Assembly (NCBI GenBank): GCA_014729395.1
Contig: WJJZ01000010.1
Coordinates: 220,544-284,543 of the forward strand
Length of the DNA: 64,000 nt
Source of the DNA: Candidatus Magasanikiibacteriota bacterium
Lineage (GTDB): Bacteria; Patescibacteriota; Patescibacteriia; Magasanikbacterales; UBA922
Direction of reading: 5' to 3'
Every line of letters begins with the position of its first letter. Position 1 is the stretch's first letter. A model generated the notes under the pieces. That model did not search any database. It was not told where the DNA came from and was given only the letters and a program-made list of their open reading frames with translations. A program made the translations under genes and the position numbers. This document shows positions 1-9,272 of the stretch, in pieces.

Positions 1-131
1 GAACCCGAATCAGTCAAAGCGACCGCTTTATATCCTTTTGCTTTAACACCTTTAACAAGCGGTTTTATTTTGGTTAAACCGTCTAAAAGTGAATAGTGAG
101 AATGGATATGTAGATGGACAAAATCGGACAT
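1..131 (-). CDS. dnaE: DNA polymerase III alpha subunit (PHP domain N-terminus), 5' partial gene continuing beyond window start
   Basis: Reverse-complement translation from ATG at 129-131 gives [43 protein letters not shown], the classic PHP-domain N-terminus (HxHxHSxYSLLDG...TDHG-like) of DnaE/PolC. Not in ORF track because truncated. Confidence 0.6.
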   Translation of the reverse strand, partial: MSDFVHLHIHSHYSLLDGLTKIKPLVKGVKAKGYKAVALTDSG

Positions 132-153
132 AATTTATTAAAAAATCAGTATT

Positions 154-398
154 CTAATACTATAACAAACAGACCTCTTAATCAAGTCATCATAATATCA
201 ATTTTTTACTACTACACTTCATACTCACAGTAAGATATGAAGATGTCATTCCCGCGAAGGCGGGAATCTAGGCATAGGACGTATAACATGCTTAATTCTG
301 GATTCCCGCCTTCGCGGGAATGACACACTGGTTTATGATTTATTTTATATTTTTTCAATATCCTAATACTATAATAATCAAGCTTCTTAATCAAGCCA
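154..398. repeat. GC-rich perfect 24-nt inverted repeat (245-268 / 301-324) flanked by ~36-nt imperfect direct repeats (154-189 / 363-398)
   Basis: Arms GTCATTCCCGCGAAGGCGGGAATC and its exact reverse complement; each arm is itself a small hairpin (ATTCCCGC-GAAG-GCGGGAAT). Flanks share CTAATACTATAA...TCTTAATCAAG(T/C)CA. Confidence 0.7.
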
Positions 399-456
399 AT
401 GTAGTAATTGACTATTAGTAAAAAGCCGGGGGAGCTTTGCAAAAGTACCAAGGGGG

Positions 457-544
457 TTCAGGGGGTGCAACTGTTTGAGCCCCACCATGCTTGGCAGTAA
501 GAACATTCTTAGAAGCAACAGGGGCGAGTTTTGCACCCCCTGAA
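457..544 (+). ncRNA. Candidate structured RNA/element closed by perfect 14-bp stem (TTCAGGGGGTGCAA / TTGCACCCCCTGAA), class unknown (SRP-RNA-like features weak)
   Basis: Perfect 14-bp terminal stem, internal GCCCC/GGGGC pairing, apical hairpin TAAGA-ACAT-TCTTA, GAAGCAACAGG resembling SRP domain IV GGAAGCAGCC only loosely; followed by hairpin CTACTTTT-GGTTAC-AAAAGTAG at 553-573. Strand not determinable. Confidence 0.3.
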
Positions 545-634
545 ACTTTTGCTACTTTTGGTTACAAAAGTAGAAGAAAAAGAATAAAGAAAACCTGCTT
601 TCACAGGCTTTCGTATTTTCAAATTTAACACTTC

Positions 635-982
635 TTACTTCTTCTTTTTTCGACCTCTTTTTTTAGTCTTCTTTGTCTTTCTCTCTGTAATCTTTTCTTC
701 CAGCTTGGATGACAACTTTCCAAAAATAAACTTATCAGCCAACTTTCCGGCCAGACCACCCAAAACTCCCATCTTGTCAGTCATCTTATCGACCCTATCT
801 TTGATATACTCAATCGCGTCAACAATCAATTCCAACTTATGAGTTATGTTTTCTATTATTTCGTTGGCATTTTTTAATACCCGGGCCGCTTGGTAAAGCA
901 ACCAGCATAAAAACACTGTAAACCACAAAATACAAAGTGATAATACAATGTACAAAAGATCCTGGCTTGATTCAAATAACAT
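635..982 (-). CDS. Hypothetical membrane protein with N-terminal TM helix, coiled-coil and Lys/Arg-rich tail (DUF948-like)
   Basis: ORF 115 aa; hydrophobic N-terminus LYIVLSLCILWFTVFLCWLL, C-terminal KKTKKRGRKKKK. Confidence 0.45.
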   Translation of the reverse strand: MLFESSQDLLYIVLSLCILWFTVFLCWLLYQAARVLKNANEIIENITHKLELIVDAIEYIKDRVDKMTDKMGVLGGLAGKLADKFIFGKLSSKLEEKITERKTKKTKKRGRKKKK

Positions 983-1075
983 AATTTATTACTTGCAAAC
1001 TTTTACTTTGCCTATGTTTGCAGTTAAAAATAACAGGCGATTATATTATAGCATAAAATATCAATGAATCCCAAT

Positions 1076-1456
1076 CTATAATATAAACAAAAGACAAAAA
1101 GTCCACAGACTAAGAATGAAAGTGATCCAATAATAATAAGATATTTTAAAATTATGGTGTTTAAATTTACTTTCTTTAAGGGAAAAAATCTTCTCCTTAA
1201 AAATATTTTTTTCTACCTCTTTTAGTCGGCTCGAAAGAGTACTTTGATAACTCAAATGACGAATACAAATGTGTGAAATAAAAATATTAACTAATAAAGT
1301 AATAATTATACCGTAAATATCCCAATCTTTTATAAACTGAAAAAATAAAATAATATTATTAATAATCAATATTAATGAGTCGCGCCAAACTAAATTATCA
1401 TACTTCTCATAGTCCCTCCTTTGTAATTCGTAAATTTTTAATATATCTTCTCTCAT
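1076..1456 (-). CDS. Hypothetical membrane protein
   Basis: 126-aa ORF with two hydrophobic segments; no recognisable motif. Confidence 0.4.
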   Translation of the reverse strand: MREDILKIYELQRRDYEKYDNLVWRDSLILIINNIILFFQFIKDWDIYGIIITLLVNIFISHICIRHLSYQSTLSSRLKEVEKNIFKEKIFSLKESKFKHHNFKISYYYWITFILSLWTFCLLFIL

Positions 1457-1501
1457 GTTAAAAAACTCTTAAGAGTTAAATAATTAGAACGGATTAAATT
1501 T

Positions 1502-1699
1502 TTATTTTTTGTCTTTTTTAAATTTATTCCAGCCTATAGTATAAAAAATCAATAGCGATGGTATCAAAAGTATAAGAACTAATGCTATACCAGATGGAGA
1601 ATATGAATCAAGAACAACTAATATATCGCCTAGCCAAAAAAATATACCAAATATCCAAATAGTAACTAATTGACCATAAGAAATTTTGTATAAATTCAT
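1502..1699 (-). CDS. Small hypothetical membrane protein
   Basis: 65-aa ORF, two TM-like segments, tandem with the two upstream small membrane ORFs. Confidence 0.35.
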   Translation of the reverse strand: MNLYKISYGQLVTIWIFGIFFWLGDILVVLDSYSPSGIALVLILLIPSLLIFYTIGWNKFKKDKK

Positions 1700-1812
1700 A
1701 CTATTTCTCTAATTAAAATTTAGCCTAATATTTTTATTATAATGTTGGTTTTCAGGGAAATTTATAAAAAATTTGATTCAAAAACCGAAGTCTGATAGCC
1801 GATTGCAGAATG

Positions 1813-4266
1813 TTATTTCCTCACCTCCACCCCAAAACCACTCTCCAAAACTTTCTCTACTTGTGCTTGTATTTTATCCACCTCTTCCGCTTTTAGAGTT
1901 TTCTCTCCCGACTGATAAACAATATGATACGCCAAGCTTTTCTTGCCGGCCTCAATATTTTTTCCTTCATAGACATCAAACAATTCAACCGACACAATCA
2001 AATCACTTACGCCCTCGATTGCTTCTACCAAATCAACATGCTGGACTGACTTGTCTACAATCATGGCAATATCCCTATCCATACTTGGATACTCCGGTAC
2101 CTTTGTATAGTCTTCTTTTTCCAGATAAAATTCTAACAATTTACTCAAATCAATTTCAGCGACCGCAGTCGGGTAATCAATTCCTGCTTTTTTTTGTACA
2201 GTCGGATGAAGCTCAAAAATTTCACCAACCGAGGTCTCGTCCACGAAAATCTCCGCTTGCCGACCCGGATGCATATAGAGATCTATACCAATACTCTTCT
2301 TGGTTAATTTTATGTGGAATCCTAAAGTTTCCAAAGTACCAACTAAAGCATCAGATACTCCATAAAAAGGTGTTTTTTGATTTTTACCAGAAAAAACCAG
2401 TCCAAGCATGACAGATTGCCGAGGTAAAAGCTCATCGCCATTTTTTGCCGCTCTCTCACCGGGATTCTCCACATCGAAAATTTTACCGACCTCAAACATG
2501 CTAACATTATCTTTAAAATGTAAATTCTTTTCCAAATTTTCTATTAAGTTTGGTAAAAGACTGCGTCGCAAAAGCGGCCTATCTTTGGCCAAAGGATTTT
2601 CCAACTCGATATTTTTTTGTGCGTTAAAATCGAGTTTTTTTAGCCAATCAGGCGAGACAAAAGAATAGTTATAGCTTTCGGTAAAGCTGAATTTATAAAC
2701 CAAAAGTTCTTTGATTTTTCTTTCCAATTCTCGCAGTTTATTTCTCTCCGGCGGAATTACAGGAAAAGAAGGCAATTCTGTGTCTATATTGTCATAGCCA
2801 TAAATTCTGGAAATTTCCTCCACCAAATCTTCGGGAATAGAAACATCTTTGGTTGCCCGCCAAGTTGGAACTGTAACTTTCAAAACATGCTTCTTATCTT
2901 TTACTCCAAAGCCGAGGCGTTCCAAAATATCTATAATTTTCTTTTTTTCTATTTCCATGCCGATTTTTCTCTTCACAAATTCCAAATCAAGCTCAATCGG
3001 ACCGGTATTTAAGTGATAATCAGCCACGTCGGCTACATTACTCACTACACGTGCCTCGGGACAAAGTTCAAGAGTAAGTTCAACCGCTTTTTTAAGAGCG
3101 AGTTTACAATTATTTGGATCTTGGGCTTTTTCAAATCTGGCCGAAGAATCGGTTCTTAATCCCAGCGCAGTAGAGGTTCTACGAACGTTAATTGCATTAA
3201 AATTAGCTGATTCAAAAATGATAGCCTTGGTTTTCTCATTCACTTCAGAATTTTCCCCTCCCATTATCCCGGCCAAAGCCACCGGCTTTTTATCATCGGC
3301 AATCACCAACATGTCTGGAGTTAATTCATGCTCCTTTTCATCAAGAGTAGTAAACTTCTCACCCTTCTTCGCACGTCTAACAAACAATGATACACGTTCA
3401 CTGCTCATTGTTATTTGTTCACTGTCAAAAGCGTGCATTGGCTGCCCCAAATCAAACATTATATAATTCGTAATATCGACTATATTATTTATTGGACGTA
3501 TTCCCACTGCCATTAATCTTTTTTGCAGCCAACCGGGTGACGGCCCGATTTTCACTCCGTCAAGAGCTACGGCCATGTAGCGCGGACACAGCTCTTTATC
3601 TTCCACTTCCACTTTTATTTCCATTTCTTTACCCGGCTTAATTTCATCGGGTTTATATTTTTTTAATTTTTTTCTGTGAATGGCGGCCACTTCTCTTGCC
3701 ATGCCATAATGACCCCAAAGATCAGGTCGGTGGGTCATGGATTTATTATCAATGTCCAAAACCACGTCATCCAGCTCAAGCGCTTCTGCCAGCTGCGTAC
3801 CCGGTTTTAATTTCAAATCCGTCAAATCCAAAATTTCTTTTTCATCTTCCAAAGGAAACATGCCGCCCAGACCAATTTCAGTGGAAGCACAAATCATGCC
3901 TTCCGAAACTTCGCCGCGAATCTTGGCTTTTTTAAGCTCTACCAAATCCCCTTCTCCATGCCAACGCACTTTGGAACCGACTTTGGCAAAAGCTACTAAT
4001 ATACCTTCCCTTACATTAGAGCCACCACAAACCAGACTGTAATCTTTTTCTCCATCACTTACGGTACACAATAATAATTTATCCGCGTCCGGGTGTTTCT
4101 TTGTTTTTTTAACCTTGCCCACGACAATATTTTCAAAACTCTGTTTTTGATTTTCCACCCCCTCCACCTCAACCGTACTCATGGTAAGCTGCAAAGCCAA
4201 CTCTTCCGGAGTGAGAGAATCAGGCAAGCCGACGTATTGTTTGAGCCAATTTTTTGATATGTACAT
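1813..4266 (-). CDS. pheT: Phenylalanine--tRNA ligase beta subunit
   Basis: 826-aa ORF; N-terminal tRNA-binding domain (MYISKNWLKQY...), B3/B4 and FDX-ACB-like C-terminus. Start refined to ATG at 4264-4266 (MYISKNWL); track start is an upstream TTG. Confidence 0.9.
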   Translation of the reverse strand: MYISKNWLKQYVGLPDSLTPEELALQLTMSTVEVEGVENQKQSFENIVVGKVKKTKKHPDADKLLLCTVSDGEKDYSLVCGGSNVREGILVAFAKVGSKVRWHGEGDLVELKKAKIRGEVSEGMICASTEIGLGGMFPLEDEKEILDLTDLKLKPGTQLAEALELDDVVLDIDNKSMTHRPDLWGHYGMAREVAAIHRKKLKKYKPDEIKPGKEMEIKVEVEDKELCPRYMAVALDGVKIGPSPGWLQKRLMAVGIRPINNIVDITNYIMFDLGQPMHAFDSEQITMSSERVSLFVRRAKKGEKFTTLDEKEHELTPDMLVIADDKKPVALAGIMGGENSEVNEKTKAIIFESANFNAINVRRTSTALGLRTDSSARFEKAQDPNNCKLALKKAVELTLELCPEARVVSNVADVADYHLNTGPIELDLEFVKRKIGMEIEKKKIIDILERLGFGVKDKKHVLKVTVPTWRATKDVSIPEDLVEEISRIYGYDNIDTELPSFPVIPPERNKLRELERKIKELLVYKFSFTESYNYSFVSPDWLKKLDFNAQKNIELENPLAKDRPLLRRSLLPNLIENLEKNLHFKDNVSMFEVGKIFDVENPGERAAKNGDELLPRQSVMLGLVFSGKNQKTPFYGVSDALVGTLETLGFHIKLTKKSIGIDLYMHPGRQAEIFVDETSVGEIFELHPTVQKKAGIDYPTAVAEIDLSKLLEFYLEKEDYTKVPEYPSMDRDIAMIVDKSVQHVDLVEAIEGVSDLIVSVELFDVYEGKNIEAGKKSLAYHIVYQSGEKTLKAEEVDKIQAQVEKVLESGFGVEVRK

Positions 4267-4294
4267 ATTTAAATAGTTTAAACTTATCAGCAAG

Positions 4295-4324
4295 TCCCTC
4301 CTCCCCTTACCAAGGGGAGGAGGA
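4295..4324. promoter_or_regulatory. GC-rich SD/anti-SD hairpin in pheS-pheT intergenic spacer
   Basis: TCCCTCCTCCCCTT-ACC-AAGGGGAGGAGGA; 12-13 bp stem made of polypyrimidine and polypurine (GGAGG-containing) arms, 74-nt spacer between pheS stop and pheT start. Confidence 0.5.
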
Positions 4325-4340
4325 CAGGAGGAGGGGTAGT

Positions 4341-5372
4341 TTAGAATTGCTCCAAAAATCTTACATCCCCACTATGCAAATGTCTAATGTCCTCTATACC
4401 ATACTTTTGCATTACAAGTCTCATTGAACCAAGCCCAAAAGCAAAACCGCTGTATTCTTTTGGATCAAGTCCGCCGTATTCAATTACTTTTGGATGAACC
4501 AGTCCGCACGGCAGTGTTTCCACCCAGCCGGAATGTTTACAAGCTCCGCAGCCCTCGCCCTCGCAAACCAAACATTTCATATCCAGTTCAAACCCGGGTT
4601 CTACAAATGGGAAAAATCCCGGTCGCAATCTTACCTCTACTTCTCTTTCTAAAATTCCTTGTAACAATTCTTTCATAACACCAATCAAATTTGCAATGGA
4701 AATATCTTTATCAACTACCAGTCCTTCCATTTGATAAAAAGTATGTTCATGAGAGGCGTCAGTCGCTTCATTTCTAAAACACCTGCCGGAAACTACAGCT
4801 CTAATTGGTGCACCATACTTTTGCATGGCACGAATCTGCACCGGTGAAGTATGGGGACGCATACACCAATCCGAATGATCTTTAATATAAAAAGTGTCCA
4901 TGCTTTCACGTGCCGGATGATCGGCCGGAATATTCAGAGCTTCAAATGCATAATAATTACTCTCAAGCTCGGGACCATCCAATACCATAAAGCCCATAGA
5001 GGTAAATAAATCTTCTAGTTTGTTATGAACAATTGTTATCGGATGAAAATGTCCATTTTCTGTCTGTGGCAACTTAGGCCGGGTTACATCAATTGATTCT
5101 TCACTAGATAACCCTGACTTATCTTCTTTTTCAAGTTCTGTCTTTTTTTCTTCAATCAATTCTTGAAATTCGCGTTTAATTTCATTGGCCAGTTTACCAA
5201 ATTCTTTTCTGGCTTCGCCTGACAAATCTTTTAAGTTCTTCATGATCTGCGTCATCTCTCCGGAACGACGAGAAAAAAAACGTTTTTCCAACTCATCAAG
5301 TTGAACCCCGTCTCTTATTTCTTCCAATCCTTTTATAAATTCTTTTTTTAATTTTTGTAGTTCGTTTTTCAT
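4341..5372 (-). CDS. pheS: Phenylalanine--tRNA ligase alpha subunit
   Basis: 343 aa; class II aaRS core motifs (FRNEATDASHEHTFYQMEG, GLGSMRLVM) typical of PheS. Confidence 0.9.
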   Translation of the reverse strand: MKNELQKLKKEFIKGLEEIRDGVQLDELEKRFFSRRSGEMTQIMKNLKDLSGEARKEFGKLANEIKREFQELIEEKKTELEKEDKSGLSSEESIDVTRPKLPQTENGHFHPITIVHNKLEDLFTSMGFMVLDGPELESNYYAFEALNIPADHPARESMDTFYIKDHSDWCMRPHTSPVQIRAMQKYGAPIRAVVSGRCFRNEATDASHEHTFYQMEGLVVDKDISIANLIGVMKELLQGILEREVEVRLRPGFFPFVEPGFELDMKCLVCEGEGCGACKHSGWVETLPCGLVHPKVIEYGGLDPKEYSGFAFGLGSMRLVMQKYGIEDIRHLHSGDVRFLEQF

Positions 5373-5580
5373 ATATTTATTTATTGTAATCGATGAATTG
5401 GTTGTAAAATATTATCAACCGATGACTGGTGATTAGTGATTGGAGATTATCCAATGTAGAAAATTAATCTTTCTTCAATCTTAAAAAGTTATAAGGATAT
5501 AAATTGAAGAATAGCCATTCTAAGTCAGTTTAATCTGTAATCAACAGTTTCGAGCCTCTCGTGATAATCTCTTAACTACC

Positions 5581-6018
5581 TTACGAAAAAGCTCGATATA
5601 CCAGATAAACCACCAAACCCACAAAAGCGCCGGCACCCAAACGTAAAAACTGCAATATTTTCTCTTTCGTCATTGGATCAACATGTACACTTGGTGCTTT
5701 CTTGATACTGCCTTTAGAAAACTTTAGCTCCTTTTCATATTTAAATTTACCTAATTCTTTATTTTCAAAAATACCATCTTTAGCTTCAGGTGTTTTCACA
5801 CCTAAACCTTTTTTAATCTTTTCAAACTCGCCTTCCTTTTTCATCTCTTCTATTGCTTTCATTCTTTCGGTCGGACTCATATCTTTTAACTTCATAATTT
5901 TGTTTAAAGCCGGATTCTTACTGGCTTTCTTGGCCCAAGATATCAGCTTGAATACAAATAAGCTAATAATTATGAGCGGTATTAATGAAGAAATTAAGGA
6001 AATAACTGTCTCTTCCAT
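5581..6018 (-). CDS. Hypothetical membrane-anchored protein
   Basis: 145 aa, N-terminal TM, Lys/Glu-rich middle, C-terminal hydrophobic segment. Confidence 0.45.
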   Translation of the reverse strand: MEETVISLISSLIPLIIISLFVFKLISWAKKASKNPALNKIMKLKDMSPTERMKAIEEMKKEGEFEKIKKGLGVKTPEAKDGIFENKELGKFKYEKELKFSKGSIKKAPSVHVDPMTKEKILQFLRLGAGAFVGLVVYLVYRAFS

Positions 6019-6022
6019 AAAA

Positions 6023-7198
6023 TTATCCGATTAATCCTAATATGTCTCGACCGGTTACAACTATAACTAATAACATCAAAAGTAAAAAACCGATTGTATG
6101 AGCAATTTGTTCGTATTTTAATGGAACCGGACGTCTAAATATTTTTTCAAATAAAACGAATATAATTCTCCCACCATCAAGTGCGGGGATCGGTAAAATA
6201 TTAATAACCGCTAAACTTAAAGATAACATAGCGGTAATATTTATCAAATAACTTATCCCTAATCTGGCGCTTTGACCTATCATTACGGCTATCCCTACCG
6301 GTCCGGATACATCAGTAATCATACCATTGCCGATTATCAAATTTTTTATAACCACATAAAAAATGATAAATATATTGAGTAGAGTTACACCCGCCGCTAC
6401 GAAACCTTTGTATAAAGCAATGTACCAGGGATAACGAACAATTCCGGCTTCCACCAATGAAACTCCAATTTTAGGATCCCCGCTTGAATCCAAATTCGCA
6501 GGTGTTAATTTGACTTCTTTACTCTCTCCTTCTCGTTCAATAGTCAAGGATAATTCGTTAAAGCCTATTTCTTTTATTAATTCCGGTACCTGAGCACTGT
6601 TTTCAATTTCATTATCATTTATTTGAAGAATTTTATCCCCGAATTGAATACCTGCTTCTTCAGCCGGAGACTTTTTTTCAGTCATTTGAACCAAAACCTT
6701 CGGTTCTTCAATAATAATAGCTCTATCGTCTTGTTGGCCGGTCACGTCGACGGGCAAGCCAACCATAAAACCGGTACTAAACAAGATTGCCGCCAATAAA
6801 AAATTCATTGTTACCCCGGCCACCAGTACAACTATCTTTTTCCAAGCCTTTTGGTAGCCAAAACTGTCGGGCTCATCTTGTTTTTCACCACTCTCTCCTT
6901 TTATTTTTACAAAACCGCCGATTGGCAGCCAATTAATCGAATACAACGTAGCCGGATATTCTTCTACTCTTTCGTCACCACCAACGGTTTCTTTCAATCC
7001 ACTTTTTTTACTTTTTCCCCAAACCCAAACAATTTTTTTTGTTTTTGGGTCTTTGTAAAAACCAAAAGCCCGAGGTGGGTAACCAAAACCAAATTCATAC
7101 ACTTTCATGCCTGATTTTCGGGCTGTTATGAAATGGCCAAATTCGTGAACAAAAACCAGTAGGCCTAAAACAATAATAAACGCTAAAACAGTTAGCAT
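6023..7198 (-). CDS. rseP: RIP metalloprotease RseP / site-2 protease (M50) with PDZ domain
   Basis: HEFGHF zinc motif near N-terminus, PDZ-like middle, NILPIPALDGG motif near C-terminus. Confidence 0.85.
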   Translation of the reverse strand: MLTVLAFIIVLGLLVFVHEFGHFITARKSGMKVYEFGFGYPPRAFGFYKDPKTKKIVWVWGKSKKSGLKETVGGDERVEEYPATLYSINWLPIGGFVKIKGESGEKQDEPDSFGYQKAWKKIVVLVAGVTMNFLLAAILFSTGFMVGLPVDVTGQQDDRAIIIEEPKVLVQMTEKKSPAEEAGIQFGDKILQINDNEIENSAQVPELIKEIGFNELSLTIEREGESKEVKLTPANLDSSGDPKIGVSLVEAGIVRYPWYIALYKGFVAAGVTLLNIFIIFYVVIKNLIIGNGMITDVSGPVGIAVMIGQSARLGISYLINITAMLSLSLAVINILPIPALDGGRIIFVLFEKIFRRPVPLKYEQIAHTIGFLLLMLLVIVVTGRDILGLIG

Positions 7199-7302
7199 AA
7201 ATTGACTATATTAAGTAAAATGTTTACAATAGTAGTATGATTATCGCATATTAGAGGTGATAATTCAATAGAGGATAATTTATCTAACTTATAACAAACT
7301 CT

Positions 7303-7866
7303 ATGATAGTTTTATATATAATTATTGCGGTGTTGGCGGTAGTTATCTTCTGGGTAATTGCGCTTTACAACGGCTTGATTAAACTACGCAACCGCACCAA
7401 AGAAGCTTGGAGCGATATTGACGTACAACTGAAGCGTCGACATGACTTGATTCCAAATTTGGTGGAAAGTGTAAAAGGTTATATGAAACATGAACGCGAG
7501 CTTCTGGAAAAAATTACCAAATATCGTTCACAGGCAATGAAGGAGCAAAAGGCCGGAGAAACTGAAAAACTCGCCAAAACCGAAGGTATGCTCGGAAACA
7601 TGCTTGGAAAATTACAAATTGCTGTTGAAGCCTACCCGGATCTCAAGGCTAATGAAAACGTAAGTCAGTTAATGGATGAATTAAGCGACACTGAAAATAA
7701 AATTCAGGCTGCGCGCAGATTTTACAACGGTCAAGTCCGAGACTTCAATACAAAAATTGAAAGCTTTCCGAATAATTTAATTGCCGGAATGTTGAAATTT
7801 AGCAAATTTGATTTCTTTGAAGTAGAAGATGCTAAAGAGAGAGAAAATGTAAAAGTAAAATTATAA
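7303..7866 (+). CDS. lemA: LemA family protein
   Basis: 187 aa; N-terminal TM then LIKLRNRTKEAWSDIDVQLKRRHDLIPNLVESVKGY, the LemA signature. Confidence 0.8.
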   Translation: MIVLYIIIAVLAVVIFWVIALYNGLIKLRNRTKEAWSDIDVQLKRRHDLIPNLVESVKGYMKHERELLEKITKYRSQAMKEQKAGETEKLAKTEGMLGNMLGKLQIAVEAYPDLKANENVSQLMDELSDTENKIQAARRFYNGQVRDFNTKIESFPNNLIAGMLKFSKFDFFEVEDAKERENVKVKL

Positions 7867-7943
7867 CAGTTATCAGTTCACGGTTCACAGCTAGCAGGAG
7901 ATACACAAATCTGTGAACTGAGAGCTGTTGGCTGCGAACTGTT

Positions 7944-8828
7944 ATGTATAATCAAATCGACTCCAACAAACGCAAAACCGTAATACTCATTACCATATTC
8001 CTTGTCCTAATCATCGCCCTGGGTTGGTTTATTGGTGTTTACTTGAACTATGGCTATGGTGTCTTTTTGTTTGCCGTAATTTTTTCTATTGGAACTTCCC
8101 TTGTCAGCTATTACAAAGGTGACAAAATTGCCCTTGCCTCAACAAAAGCCAAAGAAATCAAAAAAACAGACAATCCTTATGTTTACAGAATGGTAGAAAA
8201 TCTTTGCATTACTGCCGGTATTCCAACCCCCAAAGTCCATATAATCGACTCTCCTGCTTTGAATGCCTTTGCCACCGGCCGTGATCCGGAACATGCTTCA
8301 ATTGCTCTAACTACCGGAATTATAAAAGCTTTGGAGAATGAAGAACTCGAAGCTGTTATTGCACACGAACTATCACATATAAAAAACTATGACATTCGCT
8401 TAATGACATTGGTGGTCGTTATGGTAGGACTGATTGCCATAATAGCGGATATGTTTTGGCGAATACGTTTTTTTGGCGGTGATAGAAAATCTGATAATAA
8501 AGCCGGTGGTCAGCTGGGAGTAATAATAATGATAATAGGTTTTGCGCTTTTAATCTTATCTCCTATAGTAGCTGAACTAATAAAACTGGCCATTTCCAGA
8601 AAAAGAGAGTATCTGGCCGACGCTTCCGGCGCTCTTTTAACTCGATACCCTGAAGGCTTGGCAAGAGCGCTTGAAAAAATATCAAAATCAAAAACACCCC
8701 TTCAAACTGCTAATAATGCAACTGCACATCTTTTTATTTCCAACCCGTTTAAAGGTAAAAAAATATCGAATTTTTTTTCCACTCATCCTCCAATCGTAGA
8801 CAGGGTAAAAAAACTAAGAGGGATGTAA
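7944..8828 (+). CDS. htpX: HtpX-like M48 zinc metalloprotease
   Basis: HELSHIKNYD HExxH motif, 4 TM segments, typical LemA-HtpX pairing. Confidence 0.8.
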   Translation: MYNQIDSNKRKTVILITIFLVLIIALGWFIGVYLNYGYGVFLFAVIFSIGTSLVSYYKGDKIALASTKAKEIKKTDNPYVYRMVENLCITAGIPTPKVHIIDSPALNAFATGRDPEHASIALTTGIIKALENEELEAVIAHELSHIKNYDIRLMTLVVVMVGLIAIIADMFWRIRFFGGDRKSDNKAGGQLGVIIMIIGFALLILSPIVAELIKLAISRKREYLADASGALLTRYPEGLARALEKISKSKTPLQTANNATAHLFISNPFKGKKISNFFSTHPPIVDRVKKLRGM

Positions 8829-8858
8829 TATACAATATTATTTATTTAATAAAAAATT

Positions 8859-9209
8859 ATGGGAGATACACCTTGGATCCTAATAGCCGTTGCCGTTTTG
8901 ATACTAATTTTGGCGGTAGTGGCTATTTTAATTAATAAAGATAAAAAAAGACCACCTGACTACTATACTTTTTTTATAATAGGTCTGACCTGGATTGCCA
9001 TAGGCCTACCGCTTAAAAATTATGCACTTTGGATAATGGGCCTGGTTTTTACCGCCATTGGCCTCATCAATAAAGACAAATGGAAACAAAACCATAAAAA
9101 ATGGAACCAACTAACAGACAAAGAAAAAAAAGCGAAAATGGTCTTAATAACCATTCTAGGTATATTGGTATTGGCCGGCTTTGTCGCCTATTTAGTAGTG
9201 GCTATATAA
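8859..9209 (+). CDS. Hypothetical membrane protein
   Basis: 116 aa, four hydrophobic helices. Confidence 0.45.
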   Translation: MGDTPWILIAVAVLILILAVVAILINKDKKRPPDYYTFFIIGLTWIAIGLPLKNYALWIMGLVFTAIGLINKDKWKQNHKKWNQLTDKEKKAKMVLITILGILVLAGFVAYLVVAI

Positions 9210-9272
9210 CCTAAAGATACGAAAATAAAAAATAAATGATGGAAAAACCAGCTATACAAGCTGGTTTTTAAA

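Noticed and set aside
1773-2411. 212-aa plus-strand ORF
   Set aside because: Lies antisense inside pheT, Pro/Leu-rich low complexity typical of antisense frames.
5373-5580. T-box leader upstream of pheS
   Set aside because: No AGGGTGGNACCGCG T-box core or specifier/antiterminator pair found on the mRNA strand.
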